Shown: positions 10,859 through 20,998 of the stretch, piece by piece | Layout: the number at the start of each line of letters is the position of its first letter | Position numbering within the stretch: position 1 is the first letter of the stretch | DNA from: an uncultured Erysipelotrichaceae bacterium | GTDB taxonomy: Bacteria; Bacillota_I; Bacilli_A; Erysipelotrichales; Erysipelotrichaceae | DNA: 64,000 bases | NCBI GenBank assembly: GCA_964370645.1 | Contig: CAYJJS010000004.1 | Span: 6,613-70,612, forward strand | Reading direction: 5' to 3' | Position numbers and translations under genes: made by a program | The notes under the pieces: generated by a model | Seen by the model: only the letters and a program-made list of their open reading frames with translations | Database searches by the model: none | Told to the model about the DNA's origin: nothing

Positions 10859-11389
10859 TTACTCTTTGATAAATTGTAGATATTTTTGGTATAATGCTCG
10901 TATTTCATAATGATCAAAAGGTGAATTCTGTAATTTAATATTACGCAATAAACGATGTAATTCCTTTTCAATCACTTCTTTCAAGTCATCACTATAATGC
11001 ATTTGCGCGGAATGTTGCGCATACTCATCTTCATCTAAAATCATATATTCCCAATCTGGGTTAATTTTTACATCCAAATCATAATCAATATTCTTAATTG
11101 CTTCCCCATCATAAATACTAGGGCTGGCAATATTACAATAATAGTGTATCCCACTTTTACGAATCATACAAATGACATTATAAAAACGATCTGGATAAAA
11201 AAAACAAATGGCTGGCTCTCTTGTTAACCATCTTCTTCCATCACTCTCAATCACCCATGAACGATCTGTAATCGCCACTATTCTCTTATCATTAGCTTCA
11301 ATAACATACCCATGAGCCCATGTTCGATGAACATTTTTATCATGCTTATAACTTTGTATATATACACTTGTTTTTACCTTTGGTAACAT
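10859..11389 (-). CDS. DUF402 / UPF0374 nucleoside tri-/diphosphatase (Ntdp/YgaC-like)
   Basis: 176 aa. Pattern SYKHD...RTW...NIASP...DYDLDVK is typical of the family. Confidence 0.7.
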   Translation of the reverse strand: MLPKVKTSVYIQSYKHDKNVHRTWAHGYVIEANDKRIVAITDRSWVIESDGRRWLTREPAICFFYPDRFYNVICMIRKSGIHYYCNIASPSIYDGEAIKNIDYDLDVKINPDWEYMILDEDEYAQHSAQMHYSDDLKEVIEKELHRLLRNIKLQNSPFDHYEIRALYQKYLQFIKE

Positions 11390-11476
11390 GTTCTCACCTC
11401 AATTTATATATTATAACAAAATCTTAAGAATACTTCACTACTTTTTAGCCATACTACTAACGAAAGGAGTGATACT

Positions 11477-11686
11477 ATGAAAAACACTGTAGAATTAACA
11501 CCAAAGGATTGTCTATATATAGATGATACTATGAGTCAAATGTGCGCCATGAAAGAAAATATTTGTGAAATTAAGGAAGCTGCCACAAAAAAAGAAATTA
11601 CAAACCATATTCAAAAAATAGAAAATATGCTTTGTACAAACTATGATGCAATGAAAACACTTTTAGAAAGGGCCTTAGAAAAATGA
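11477..11686 (+). CDS. Hypothetical small protein, first gene of a 2-gene plus-strand operon
   Basis: 69-aa ORF with a GGAGTGA RBS. 4-nt overlap with the next ORF. Confidence 0.45.
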   Translation: MKNTVELTPKDCLYIDDTMSQMCAMKENICEIKEAATKKEITNHIQKIENMLCTNYDAMKTLLERALEK

Positions 11687-11934
11687 AAGATCAAGTTATC
11701 TTAGAAAATACGTTAATTCAATTAAAACATATGAAAGCATTACTAAATACCTTTGCACAAGAAGCAAGTAATGAGCAAGTGCTTAAAGTAGTAGAGAAAG
11801 CATATAAGGACATCTCTACCTATCAACGCAGTACGTATGACTTAATGCTTTCTTTAAACTTTATGAAAGTCACTAGCCAAACACAAAGTGGCATTAAAAA
11901 AGTATACGATAAATACAAAACCAAAGAGTGTTAG
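11683..11934 (+). CDS. Coat F-domain-like small protein (possible spore coat protein)
   Basis: 83 aa helical protein. The segment LKHMKALLNTFAQEASNEQV resembles Coat F domain proteins. A long hairpin and T-run follow at about 12013-12068. Confidence 0.4.
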   Translation: MKDQVILENTLIQLKHMKALLNTFAQEASNEQVLKVVEKAYKDISTYQRSTYDLMLSLNFMKVTSQTQSGIKKVYDKYKTKEC

Positions 11935-12180
11935 TAGCGAAGTATAGAAGATGTTATGCATGTACTATTTTTGTGTAACTAACTTTATACCTCTACTATC
12001 TAAATACTACATAAAGCGTTCCTCAATGCCTCGATTACTACCATCGACTTGAGGCGCTTTTTTTATGTAGAATATGTATACTTAGATATAATAGCGAGCG
12101 CACAAACAATTTACGCATATAAAAACACCCTCCACAATTGCCTTTTCTATTTTAAGTTTTCTAGTGAGTCACACATTTAA

Positions 12181-12459
12181 CTAAGAAACTTCATGTATCT
12201 CACTTTCCCCTTTTTGAAGTATTTTTATTTTAACCTTACTTATGAACCATACAAGTAAAACTATACTTATTATAAAAGGGACAAAAAAATCGAATAGATC
12301 TATGCCTACAAATGTTAGAAAAAAGCGCAAAATCAAATATATTATTACAAGAAATTTTGGTAAATCCCAAGCACACTTTCGTATAAATCCAACTGGTTTA
12401 CATGTATAAAACTGTCCATCTATTTTAATTTTAGAGTCTGGCCAATACGATTTAATCAA
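12181..12459 (-). CDS. Hypothetical small membrane protein
   Basis: 92-aa ORF with two hydrophobic segments. No recognisable family. Confidence 0.4.
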   Translation of the reverse strand: MIKSYWPDSKIKIDGQFYTCKPVGFIRKCAWDLPKFLVIIYLILRFFLTFVGIDLFDFFVPFIISIVLLVWFISKVKIKILQKGESEIHEVS

Positions 12460-12698
12460 TTGTAGATATTTTTCCCCCTAAACTTCTCCTTCATTAACAA
12501 TATATTTTACTTTAAGAAGCATAGCAACGAATAAATCGTTCTAAGTTGACAAAAGTGTACATGGCAACCACCTATCTTTCAACTATATAATATACCACGC
12601 CATACATGAAAAGCAGTAATTCCATAAGAAGTTACTACCCCATGTTTTCATTATAGTAATTCACATATAAGTATATTATAATAGTATAGAGGTGTTTT

Positions 12699-13100
12699 AT
12701 GGAAAGAAAAGAATACAGTCAATATTTACGAACAGAAAAGAAATATAGTTGTTCACAATGCGTTTTGTGTACCTATGCAAAGCATTTAAATGTATCAGAA
12801 GACACAGCTTATCGTTTGAGTGAAGGATTCGCTAGGGGCTTTGGTGCTCGTGAGGAAGTATGTGGTGCTGTTGCTGCTATGGCAATGGTCATCGGACTAA
12901 AAAATAGTGATGGTGAAATGAGTAATGGAAGTAGTAAAGCAAGTACATTAGAAAAAGTAAACACACTAACCAATCGTTTCATTGAAAAAAATGGTAGTCA
13001 TATGTGTCATACTTTGCTTTCACAAAATACAAATACAAGAACTTGTGATACACTAATACAAGATTGCATCGATATGTTAGAAGAAGAGATGCAATCATAA
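12699..13100 (+). CDS. C_GCAxxG_C_C-family redox-active protein
   Basis: 133 aa with the conserved cysteines CSQC, EEVCGAVAAM and MCHTLL..C..C. GAGG RBS. Confidence 0.6.
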   Translation: MERKEYSQYLRTEKKYSCSQCVLCTYAKHLNVSEDTAYRLSEGFARGFGAREEVCGAVAAMAMVIGLKNSDGEMSNGSSKASTLEKVNTLTNRFIEKNGSHMCHTLLSQNTNTRTCDTLIQDCIDMLEEEMQS

Positions 13101-13109
13101 GGAGAACCA

Positions 13110-13571
13110 ATGAAAGACATAAGAGTAAAACAATTCGCTTCATTAATTGAAGATATCCAATATGAAGTATCCCTATTATCCAATGCATCTGCATGCTTAA
13201 ACATGATGTTAGAAGATGTATCTTGGGTAGGATTTTACATCTATCAAGATGAAAAATTAATTCTTGGACCCTTCCAAGGAAAAACAGCGTGTACCCAAAT
13301 CAAAATGGGTGTTGGTGTTTGTGGAAGTAGTGCACAAACACAAGAAACATTACTTGTAGAAGATGTTCATACATTTCCTACACATATTGCTTGCGATGCT
13401 GCAAGCAATAGTGAAATCGTAGTGCCTATCGTTATTGATGGAAGTATTTATGGTGTACTAGACTTAGATTCTACATCCTTTGCACGCTTTACAAAAGAGG
13501 ATCAAATCTTTTTAGAAGCTTGTGTAGACGTACTTGTACAAGCCCTAAAAAAAATAAAAAGTTCGAACTAA
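13110..13571 (+). CDS. GAF-domain protein (free methionine-R-sulfoxide reductase/YebR-like)
   Basis: 153 aa single GAF domain (WVGFY...GPFQGK.AC..I..G.GVCG). Hairpin and T-run terminator at about 13561-13595. Confidence 0.7.
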   Translation: MKDIRVKQFASLIEDIQYEVSLLSNASACLNMMLEDVSWVGFYIYQDEKLILGPFQGKTACTQIKMGVGVCGSSAQTQETLLVEDVHTFPTHIACDAASNSEIVVPIVIDGSIYGVLDLDSTSFARFTKEDQIFLEACVDVLVQALKKIKSSN

Positions 13572-14563
13572 ATTTGAACTTTTTTTTGTTTTATTCGATA
13601 TGGAATATAGCCAATCACAAAGGCCATAGTAAGAGAAGCTATACATACACATATATAATGGATTACACTATTATATACAAATATACTTTCTAACCCAATG
13701 GCTTGTGATGCACCACGTATCAATACGATGCATAATGGATGTAAGATATATACCCAAGTCGTCATTTCACGTATATTTTTAAGTGGTGACATACGTATAC
13801 TCAATAAGTATGAAAAGAAAAAATACATGGTTGGAATTAAACATATATACATACTATCGTGTCTTTGCCACTCTAGTGTATGAAGCACTTGTGCTTCCAC
13901 ACACATTCCTACTAAGGACACCACACTTAGTGTCAAAGCTGTCTTCTTAGCTACTTTAGTATGTGCATATAAATACATCCCTAAGGTGAAAAAGAAAGGT
14001 AAGAAATACAATCCATTTCGAGTATATTCAAAGATTATAAAATTAAAATCATAAATTTGTGAAAGCAGAGGTATATTTTGAATTACACCATAATAACTAT
14101 CACCAAATAGACCAATCATATATAAGATAGCACTTATACCTAAAACCTTTTCAATGCTGCAAACTTTACACAGCCCATGCACAATCAATATGCATAATAC
14201 CATAGCAGGAAAATACCACAAATGATAAAATACACCATCAAACAATAGTAAGCGAACAATGTTAGTGCCTTCATATACACCTGCATACATACCTAGCGGG
14301 ACATATATAATCATGGATACAATATATAGTGCTATAAGTCTAGCAATAAAACTTGTTACCTTTTGCTTATCCTTTATTTTTGTGAAAAAGAAATACCCGC
14401 TCACCATTGCAAAGAACGGCACTCCTACACGTGCGATTCCCCTTGTGAAAATAAAGTCTGCACCTTCATTAATAGATGTTAGTGGTGATGTATGTACTGC
14501 TACCACAAGTAGTGCCGCAATCATTTTAAACACATCCAAGGCACCCAATTGTTTTTGACTCAT
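13568..14563 (-). CDS. Acyltransferase family 3 integral membrane protein
   Basis: About 10 TM segments. The N-terminal motif LDVFKMIAALLVVAVHT is typical of acyltransferase_3. The start is moved to the ATG at 14563, which is preceded by AGAGGGGGA. Confidence 0.7.
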   Translation of the reverse strand: MSQKQLGALDVFKMIAALLVVAVHTSPLTSINEGADFIFTRGIARVGVPFFAMVSGYFFFTKIKDKQKVTSFIARLIALYIVSMIIYVPLGMYAGVYEGTNIVRLLLFDGVFYHLWYFPAMVLCILIVHGLCKVCSIEKVLGISAILYMIGLFGDSYYGVIQNIPLLSQIYDFNFIIFEYTRNGLYFLPFFFTLGMYLYAHTKVAKKTALTLSVVSLVGMCVEAQVLHTLEWQRHDSMYICLIPTMYFFFSYLLSIRMSPLKNIREMTTWVYILHPLCIVLIRGASQAIGLESIFVYNSVIHYICVCIASLTMAFVIGYIPYRIKQKKVQI

Positions 14564-14671
14564 ATAATTCCCCCTCTTTGTAAACATAGTATCAAACTCA
14601 CAACATGAGTTCAACCAAATTTCATAGACTACTTAAAAAAAGTGATGAAGCACATGGCCTCATCAACTTTT

Positions 14672-15949
14672 TTATTCACTTTCTTTTTTATCTACTAAAA
14701 TTAAGTTTAATACAATACCAACAATCGCCGATAATGCTGTTCCAGATAATACTGCACTTCCACCTAATGGGAAAATTGCTCCACCTAGTCCAACCACTAA
14801 CATTGCTGATGCGATAATTAAGTTACGTTGTTTTGAGAAATCCACATTGTTGTCAATTAAAATACGTAACCCATTACTTGCAATTACTCCATATAATAAG
14901 ATTCCCATACCACCTAGTACTGGTGTAGGAATTGAAGCAACAACAACCGATACATATTCTAAACAAGATAATAAAATGGCAAGAATTGCTGCTCCACAAG
15001 TTACATAAACAGATCCAATACGAGTCATACCAATAACTCCTGTGTTTTCACCATATGTTGTATTTGCAGGTCCACCTAAGAATCCAGATACCGCAGTAGC
15101 AACACCATCACCAATCAAAGTTTTATCTAATCCAGGGTCTTTTAAGAAGTTTTTTCCACAAATTTTACCTAGTACTGTATGATCTCCTATATGTTCAGAA
15201 ATCGTTACTAACGCTACTGGTAAAATAGCCCAAGTTTCTGGTCCAAAGTAAAATTCATATTGTCTAAATCCTTCTACATGAAATGGGAACGCAAATTCTG
15301 GAATAGCAAATAATTCTGCCCCCGCTAATCCACTTAAATCTACAATACCTAATGCAAGCGATAATACATACCCAACTACAATAGCAACTAAGAAAGGAAT
15401 GATTTTGAAAAACCCTTTTGCATATACTGATACAATTGCCGCTGTTAAGAACGTTACAATTGCTACTGCAATGTTTTCAATACTTCCACCTTCAATAAAT
15501 CCAGCATTTGCAACTGCAGAGCCTGCTAAACCAAGCCCAATTACGGCAATCATAGGCCCAATAACAATTGGTGGTAAGATACGATCAATCCAACTTTTTC
15601 CAACTAATTTAATCACAATGGCAACAATCACATACACAAAACCAATTAATATAAGTCCTGTTTGTGCAGCAGATATATCTCCACCCATTGCTTCTACCGC
15701 CAAGATAACGGCTGTAATATACGCAAACGATGAACCTAAATAAACAGGCACCTTCCCTTTCGTACAAAACGTGTAAATAAGCGTTCCAACTCCTGATGCA
15801 AATAGTGCAACCGATACTGGATAACCAGTTAAGATAGGTACTAGAATCGTTGCTCCAAACATTGCAAATACATGTTGAAAGCTTAAGAATACTAATAATC
15901 TATTACTTGGTTTCTCATTTACATCAATCAATAATGTTTTTTCTTTCAT
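14672..15949 (-). CDS. pyrP: Uracil/xanthine permease (NCS2 family)
   Basis: 425 aa, 12-14 TM segments, with NCS2 signature regions (FQHVFAMFGATILVP, GENTGVIGMT). Confidence 0.8.
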   Translation of the reverse strand: MKEKTLLIDVNEKPSNRLLVFLSFQHVFAMFGATILVPILTGYPVSVALFASGVGTLIYTFCTKGKVPVYLGSSFAYITAVILAVEAMGGDISAAQTGLILIGFVYVIVAIVIKLVGKSWIDRILPPIVIGPMIAVIGLGLAGSAVANAGFIEGGSIENIAVAIVTFLTAAIVSVYAKGFFKIIPFLVAIVVGYVLSLALGIVDLSGLAGAELFAIPEFAFPFHVEGFRQYEFYFGPETWAILPVALVTISEHIGDHTVLGKICGKNFLKDPGLDKTLIGDGVATAVSGFLGGPANTTYGENTGVIGMTRIGSVYVTCGAAILAILLSCLEYVSVVVASIPTPVLGGMGILLYGVIASNGLRILIDNNVDFSKQRNLIIASAMLVVGLGGAIFPLGGSAVLSGTALSAIVGIVLNLILVDKKESE

Positions 15950-16076
15950 ACTGTTCTCCTTTTTTAAACCTGAATTATTATACCATTACTAATTAAAAAT
16001 CACAACGAACTATATATTTAATTAAACTTACATATTTACTGTAACAATTATGTATATAGTGTACGTAGAACAGGTA

Positions 16077-16107
16077 TAAAAAAACTAGATATCAATTAGA
16101 TACCTAG
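16077..16107 (-). terminator. Rho-independent terminator after ftsZ
   Basis: Minus-strand hairpin CUAGGUAUC-UAAUU-GAUAUCUAG followed by a U-run. Confidence 0.6.
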
Positions 16108-16115
16108 CTTATATA

Positions 16116-17168
16116 TTACATTCTGTTTTTAAAGAAGAATGATGGTTCTTCACTTTCTTCTACTTCTACATGTTTAGAACGAGTTGTAGTATCTACATTT
16201 ACTACCGCTTCCTCTTCTTCCTCTTCTAAATCAAATCCAGTCGCAATAACTGTAACAATAATTTTATCTCCTAAAGCTGGGTTAATCGCAACTCCAAAGA
16301 TAGTATCGATATCGCCACCTGATACTTCATTTATGTATTGTACTGCATCTTCAGCATCGAATAAGCTAATTGATTCTCCACCAGTAATGTTGATGATTGC
16401 TTTTTTAGCACCTGAAATTTGAGCTTCTAGTAATGGTGATTCAATCGCACGCTCTGCAGCTTCTCTTGCTTTTGCCTCTCCTTCAGCCATTCCAACTCCA
16501 ATCAATGCTTTTCCTTGGTTCGCCATACTTGATTTAATATCTGCGAAATCTAGGTTAATTAAAGCAGGCGCAGCAATTAAGTCTGTAATGGTTTGCACCC
16601 CTTGGCGTAATACATTATCTGCCGCTTCAAATGCTTCAATAAGTGGTCTTCTACCAATTACTTCTAATAGGTTGTTGTTTGAAACAATAATTAGTGAATC
16701 TACATGTTCTTTCAACTCTTCTAGACCTGAATCCGCTTGACGCATTCTTACTCTACCTTCAAAACCAAACGGCTTTGTTACAATACCAACAGTTAATGCC
16801 CCTTCTTCTTTTGCTAATTTAGCAAACAATGGTGCAGCACCTGTACCAGTACCTCCACCCAATCCAGCAGTTACAAACACCATATCACTACCTTTGATGG
16901 CTTCTCTAATTTCTGCTTCCGTCTCCATAGCTGCTTTTCTACCCATTTCTGGATTTGCACCAGCTCCTTGACCTTTTGTTACATTTTGTCCTAGAATAAT
17001 TTTATTTTTAACAGGTGATTTTTGTAATACTTGTAAATCCGTATTTGCTACGAAGAATTCAACACCTTGAATCCCTTCATCCGCCATTCTATTTACTGCA
17101 TTACATCCTCCTCCACCAACTCCAAACACTTTGATGGTAACTACTTTTCTGAAATCCTCATTTAACAT
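16116..17168 (-). CDS. ftsZ: Cell division protein FtsZ
   Basis: Tubulin signature GGGTGTGAAP, and an acidic C-terminal linker plus tail. Confidence 0.95.
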   Translation of the reverse strand: MLNEDFRKVVTIKVFGVGGGGCNAVNRMADEGIQGVEFFVANTDLQVLQKSPVKNKIILGQNVTKGQGAGANPEMGRKAAMETEAEIREAIKGSDMVFVTAGLGGGTGTGAAPLFAKLAKEEGALTVGIVTKPFGFEGRVRMRQADSGLEELKEHVDSLIIVSNNNLLEVIGRRPLIEAFEAADNVLRQGVQTITDLIAAPALINLDFADIKSSMANQGKALIGVGMAEGEAKAREAAERAIESPLLEAQISGAKKAIINITGGESISLFDAEDAVQYINEVSGGDIDTIFGVAINPALGDKIIVTVIATGFDLEEEEEEAVVNVDTTTRSKHVEVEESEEPSFFFKNRM

Positions 17169-17183
17169 TGCTATTTCCCTCTC

Positions 17184-18428
17184 TTATTTCACTTGTAATA
17201 TATTTTTTAATCGTTTCGTAAATCCTGATTCATCATTACGCTGTACTTCTCTTGCTGTTGTATTTGTATAATCAATACAATAATCTGGTTTGTTTTTAAA
17301 CATTTCCATTTTGCGTGTACAATAGGCAATCCCTAAACAACAAGCATATTTTGCCTCTCTACATCCAATGGTAGAAGGGATATACAGTTCCGATTGCATT
17401 GCAATTTGCGACAACACAGAAGATATTCCAACAATATCTGCTCCATCCCCACTCACTACACAACGACTTTTTCCTTGTTTTGCAAAAGGTTCACACACTT
17501 CATTAATACTTTGAATCCATTCTTGTACATCTTCTTTTATGCACTCATACAATTCAATCTTATTTACTTCGCGATGTGTATCGCGATCTTTCCAAATGTA
17601 TGCCAACATCTCATCATAAATACCTTTATCATCAAAGCAACTTTCACGTAGTAGTTTTTCACCTTCAAAACGTGATAGTCCAAACTTACGATGAATACTA
17701 TCAATCCATTTTGCATAACCAAAACCAATAGTTGTTGACTCAATTAATTTCCCTTTATAAAATAAAGACAAATTTGTTTGTGATTTTTCTAAATTTACTA
17801 GTACGATAGCTTCGTTCATTGATTTTTCTAAAATGACACTTTCTTCCGCAATCGCAACACTATCTAAACAAATATCCATTACATGCACCCCAGCATCTTC
17901 TACACATTTTACATATGTATGTACTGTTTTTTTATCTGCATACAATAACTCAATGTCCATGCTTAATGTTTCAGCTCTCTCATCAATTGGTGCAGTACGT
18001 GAAACAATACCACCTACACTATATGCGATTGAACCTACATTCACAAATTCCAAATCTGCATGGTAGTCATAGTCAATTGCTCTTTTTAAACCGGTGCGAA
18101 CATGTGACATTTTAATTTTTCTACTACCTTCTTCTATATCTACTACAACTCTTTTACGTAGTGACTTTACATTAACACTAGGGATACCTAGTAATACTCT
18201 ATTTATTTTAAACCCTAAATTTATCTCCATTTTTTTAATTAACTTTGTAATTGCAGCAGACAAATTCGCAGATTTCACGATTTCTTTGTTATAAATACTA
18301 TCTATTTTCATAGTTTCTACTTTCAAAACATTAAATCTAGACATATAATAATCAAGAATAAGTAATCGTATCTCATCATCCGCAATCTCAAGACTTGCAT
18401 AAAGTTGTTTAAGCTGTTTAGGTTGCAT
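17184..18428 (-). CDS. ftsA: Cell division protein FtsA (divergent)
   Basis: 414 aa actin/HSP70-fold protein immediately upstream of ftsZ. Confidence 0.75.
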   Translation of the reverse strand: MQPKQLKQLYASLEIADDEIRLLILDYYMSRFNVLKVETMKIDSIYNKEIVKSANLSAAITKLIKKMEINLGFKINRVLLGIPSVNVKSLRKRVVVDIEEGSRKIKMSHVRTGLKRAIDYDYHADLEFVNVGSIAYSVGGIVSRTAPIDERAETLSMDIELLYADKKTVHTYVKCVEDAGVHVMDICLDSVAIAEESVILEKSMNEAIVLVNLEKSQTNLSLFYKGKLIESTTIGFGYAKWIDSIHRKFGLSRFEGEKLLRESCFDDKGIYDEMLAYIWKDRDTHREVNKIELYECIKEDVQEWIQSINEVCEPFAKQGKSRCVVSGDGADIVGISSVLSQIAMQSELYIPSTIGCREAKYACCLGIAYCTRKMEMFKNKPDYCIDYTNTTAREVQRNDESGFTKRLKNILQVK

Positions 18429-18644
18429 ACGATATCCTCCTTCTCACATATAACAATGATACCATAAAATACGTGTGAAAAAAACAAATATTTACATTGA
18501 ATATATAGAAAAATTACACTTTTTTTGCTTAAAAACTAATCATTGCCTATATAGTAATCATTTTTCATAAATTTATACTTGATTTTTATATTGAATAATG
18601 ATATTATTACGTGGCAAATGAAGTAATCGAAAGGAGGTTACGGT

Positions 18645-18836
18645 ATGTCAAGAGTTTGTGCAATAACAGGTAAAGGTCCTTTATCAGGAAACAAAAGATC
18701 ACATTCAATGCGTGCAACAAGACGTAAATGGAATGTAAACTTACAAACAGTTAAAGTTATGGTGGATGGAAAACCAAAAAAAATCCGTATTTCCGCTCGT
18801 GCTTTAAAATCATTAAAAGCAAAACAAGCTATTTAA
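18645..18836 (+). CDS. rpmB: 50S ribosomal protein L28
   Basis: [34 protein letters not shown] matches the L28 signature. GGAGG RBS. Confidence 0.95.
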   Translation: MSRVCAITGKGPLSGNKRSHSMRATRRKWNVNLQTVKVMVDGKPKKIRISARALKSLKAKQAI

Positions 18837-18842
18837 TTAAAA

Positions 18843-18866
18843 AGATGCCTAGGCATCTTTTTTTAT
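18843..18866 (+). terminator. Terminator after rpmB (hairpin AGATGCCTAGGCATCT plus T-run)
   Basis: Perfect short hairpin followed by T7. Overlaps the 3' end of the convergent thiN gene. Confidence 0.65.
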
Positions 18867-19471
18867 GTTTCATTTTGCTCTCTACTCTGTATCATCATTA
18901 TACTTCCACTAACTATAACACTCGCTTGTTCATCCACTATTTCATTCGAAGATAAATACAAATCAAATACATCAACACTTTGCTTGTGTAATGGATACAT
19001 AAACCCTTCTAAGGTTAGTTGTAGCGGTTCTAAAGGAAAGAAGGATACATACTTACCTAATTTGCGTATCGTATGTGTACCTGCCTTTAACACCTGTATA
19101 TAGTTTTGTTCGTCCACAATACGAAATGCAATTTCTTGTTTTTTCATAAATTGCATGAGAATCATAAAATGATCTAGTCGACCTCCACTCACTCCATACA
19201 CATCAATCTCATCATAAAACTCACTCGCATAACGAATTGCACATTCACTGTCCACTTCATTTTTTTGTGTTGGTAATATATGCACTTCACAATACTGTTG
19301 AAGTTGTTTTAATGATTCCTCAGAGATAGAATCAAAATCTCCTATCGCAAGTCGCATTGGGATATTTTGTTGCATACAAAGTAAAGCACCACGATCTACA
19401 CCAATGTAGTCTTCCCCCTCATTATAAGAAATGTGATTGACACGATTGGCAATCACATTTACTTTAGACAT
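18863..19471 (-). CDS. thiN: Thiamine diphosphokinase
   Basis: 202 aa with a GDFDS motif. Conserved position after rpe, as in Bacillus yloS. Confidence 0.8.
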   Translation of the reverse strand: MSKVNVIANRVNHISYNEGEDYIGVDRGALLCMQQNIPMRLAIGDFDSISEESLKQLQQYCEVHILPTQKNEVDSECAIRYASEFYDEIDVYGVSGGRLDHFMILMQFMKKQEIAFRIVDEQNYIQVLKAGTHTIRKLGKYVSFFPLEPLQLTLEGFMYPLHKQSVDVFDLYLSSNEIVDEQASVIVSGSIMMIQSREQNET

Positions 19472-20118
19472 AATAAGGAATCGACTCCTTCACAAATATC
19501 CTGATTGAAGATATAACTCCCAGCAACAAGCACTTCACATCCAGCTTGGCAAGCAAGCGCACCTGTTTCTTTGTTAATCCCACCATCAATTTGAATTAAG
19601 AAAGAAGATTGATGCTGTTGTTTATATGCCTTTAATTGTTTAATTTTATCTAGTGCACTTGGCATGAAGCTTTGTCCACCAAATCCAGGTTCCACAGACA
19701 TAATCAATACCATATCCACTATATCTAGCATACCTACAATAGCATCAACACTCGTGTTAGGCTTTAACACAATCCCTGCTTTACACCCACAAGATTGTAC
19801 TTCTTTTATAAGTTTTATACAATCACTTAACGTCTCCATCGCTTCATAATGAAAAGTAATCATATCCGCTCCAGCAGCGATGAAATTTTTATAATATGTT
19901 TGCGGATGTGTCATCATTAGATGCACATCCATAAACATACCCGTACTTTTTTTACACGCTTTCAATATATCTGGTCCAAATGAGATATTTGGCACAAAGT
20001 GTGCATCCATTACATCGAAATGTAGCCACTTTGCATTACTTTCTTTTAATTGTTGTAACTGCTTTTTTGTATCGGTGTAGTCTAAGGACAATACCGATGG
20101 TGCAATAATTATTGACAT
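19459..20118 (-). CDS. rpe: Ribulose-phosphate 3-epimerase
   Basis: 219 aa TIM-barrel protein (HFDVMD, MSVEPGFGGQ). Confidence 0.92.
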   Translation of the reverse strand: MSIIIAPSVLSLDYTDTKKQLQQLKESNAKWLHFDVMDAHFVPNISFGPDILKACKKSTGMFMDVHLMMTHPQTYYKNFIAAGADMITFHYEAMETLSDCIKLIKEVQSCGCKAGIVLKPNTSVDAIVGMLDIVDMVLIMSVEPGFGGQSFMPSALDKIKQLKAYKQQHQSSFLIQIDGGINKETGALACQAGCEVLVAGSYIFNQDICEGVDSLLCLK

Positions 20119-20127
20119 ATTCTCTCC

Positions 20128-20997
20128 TTAATATTTTTTCTTTGTTTGTTGCATTAAATACAACACTTCTTTATAACTATCATATCGAATTTGTGATAGT
20201 TTTTTGGCTTCTACTGCTTCCTTGACAGCACAACCAGGTTCATTAATGTGAATACAATCTGAGAACTTACAAGCGCCCTCATAAGCTTTAAAATCCACTA
20301 TCGATGCAGCGAGTTGTAAAGGTTGCATGTGTGAAAAATCCAAGGAAGAAAAACCTGGAGTATCTGCAATCCATCCACCTTTAATTTCAAACAACTCGCA
20401 ATGCCTTGTTGTATGTTTTCCTCTTCCTAATGCTTTGGAAATTTCTTGTGTATGCAAATTGAAGCTTGGATTGATACGATTCAACAAAGAACTTTTGCCA
20501 GCTCCACTTTGTCCACACAATACACTGATACGTCCTTTAAGGATATCCTCTATCGCTTTCGTATCTCTATCTGCGCCTGTTTCAATAACTGTATAACCAC
20601 TTTGCTTGTAATCCTCAATATACGTGTGTGTAATGTCGCTCTCATCCACTAAATCCATCTTCGTAATACAAATAATAGGTTTGATACGTTCATAACATAC
20701 AAGAAAAATAAGACGGTCCAACAAAGCCGTTGAAAAATCAGGATCCTTTGCAGACATTGTGATAATTGCTTGATCTACATTCGCAATAACTGGACGTATT
20801 AATTCATTTTTACGTGGTAATACTTTTTGAATTACATATTTATCATGCAACATTTCATACTTCACATAATCTCCAACGATCGGACTTTTTCCTTTTCGTA
20901 ACTTCCCCATGGCCACACAAGTATAGGCCACTTTACTTTGTTCATCTAAAACGACGTATTGATTTGAAATATGTTTTATAATTGTTCCATTATTCAT
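20128..20997 (-). CDS. rsgA: Ribosome small-subunit-dependent GTPase A
   Basis: Circularly permuted GTPase (TKMDL ... GQSGAGKSSL) with a C-terminal zinc cluster (C..C.H..EPGC). Confidence 0.9.
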   Translation of the reverse strand: MNNGTIIKHISNQYVVLDEQSKVAYTCVAMGKLRKGKSPIVGDYVKYEMLHDKYVIQKVLPRKNELIRPVIANVDQAIITMSAKDPDFSTALLDRLIFLVCYERIKPIICITKMDLVDESDITHTYIEDYKQSGYTVIETGADRDTKAIEDILKGRISVLCGQSGAGKSSLLNRINPSFNLHTQEISKALGRGKHTTRHCELFEIKGGWIADTPGFSSLDFSHMQPLQLAASIVDFKAYEGACKFSDCIHINEPGCAVKEAVEAKKLSQIRYDSYKEVLYLMQQTKKKY

Positions 20998-20998
20998 A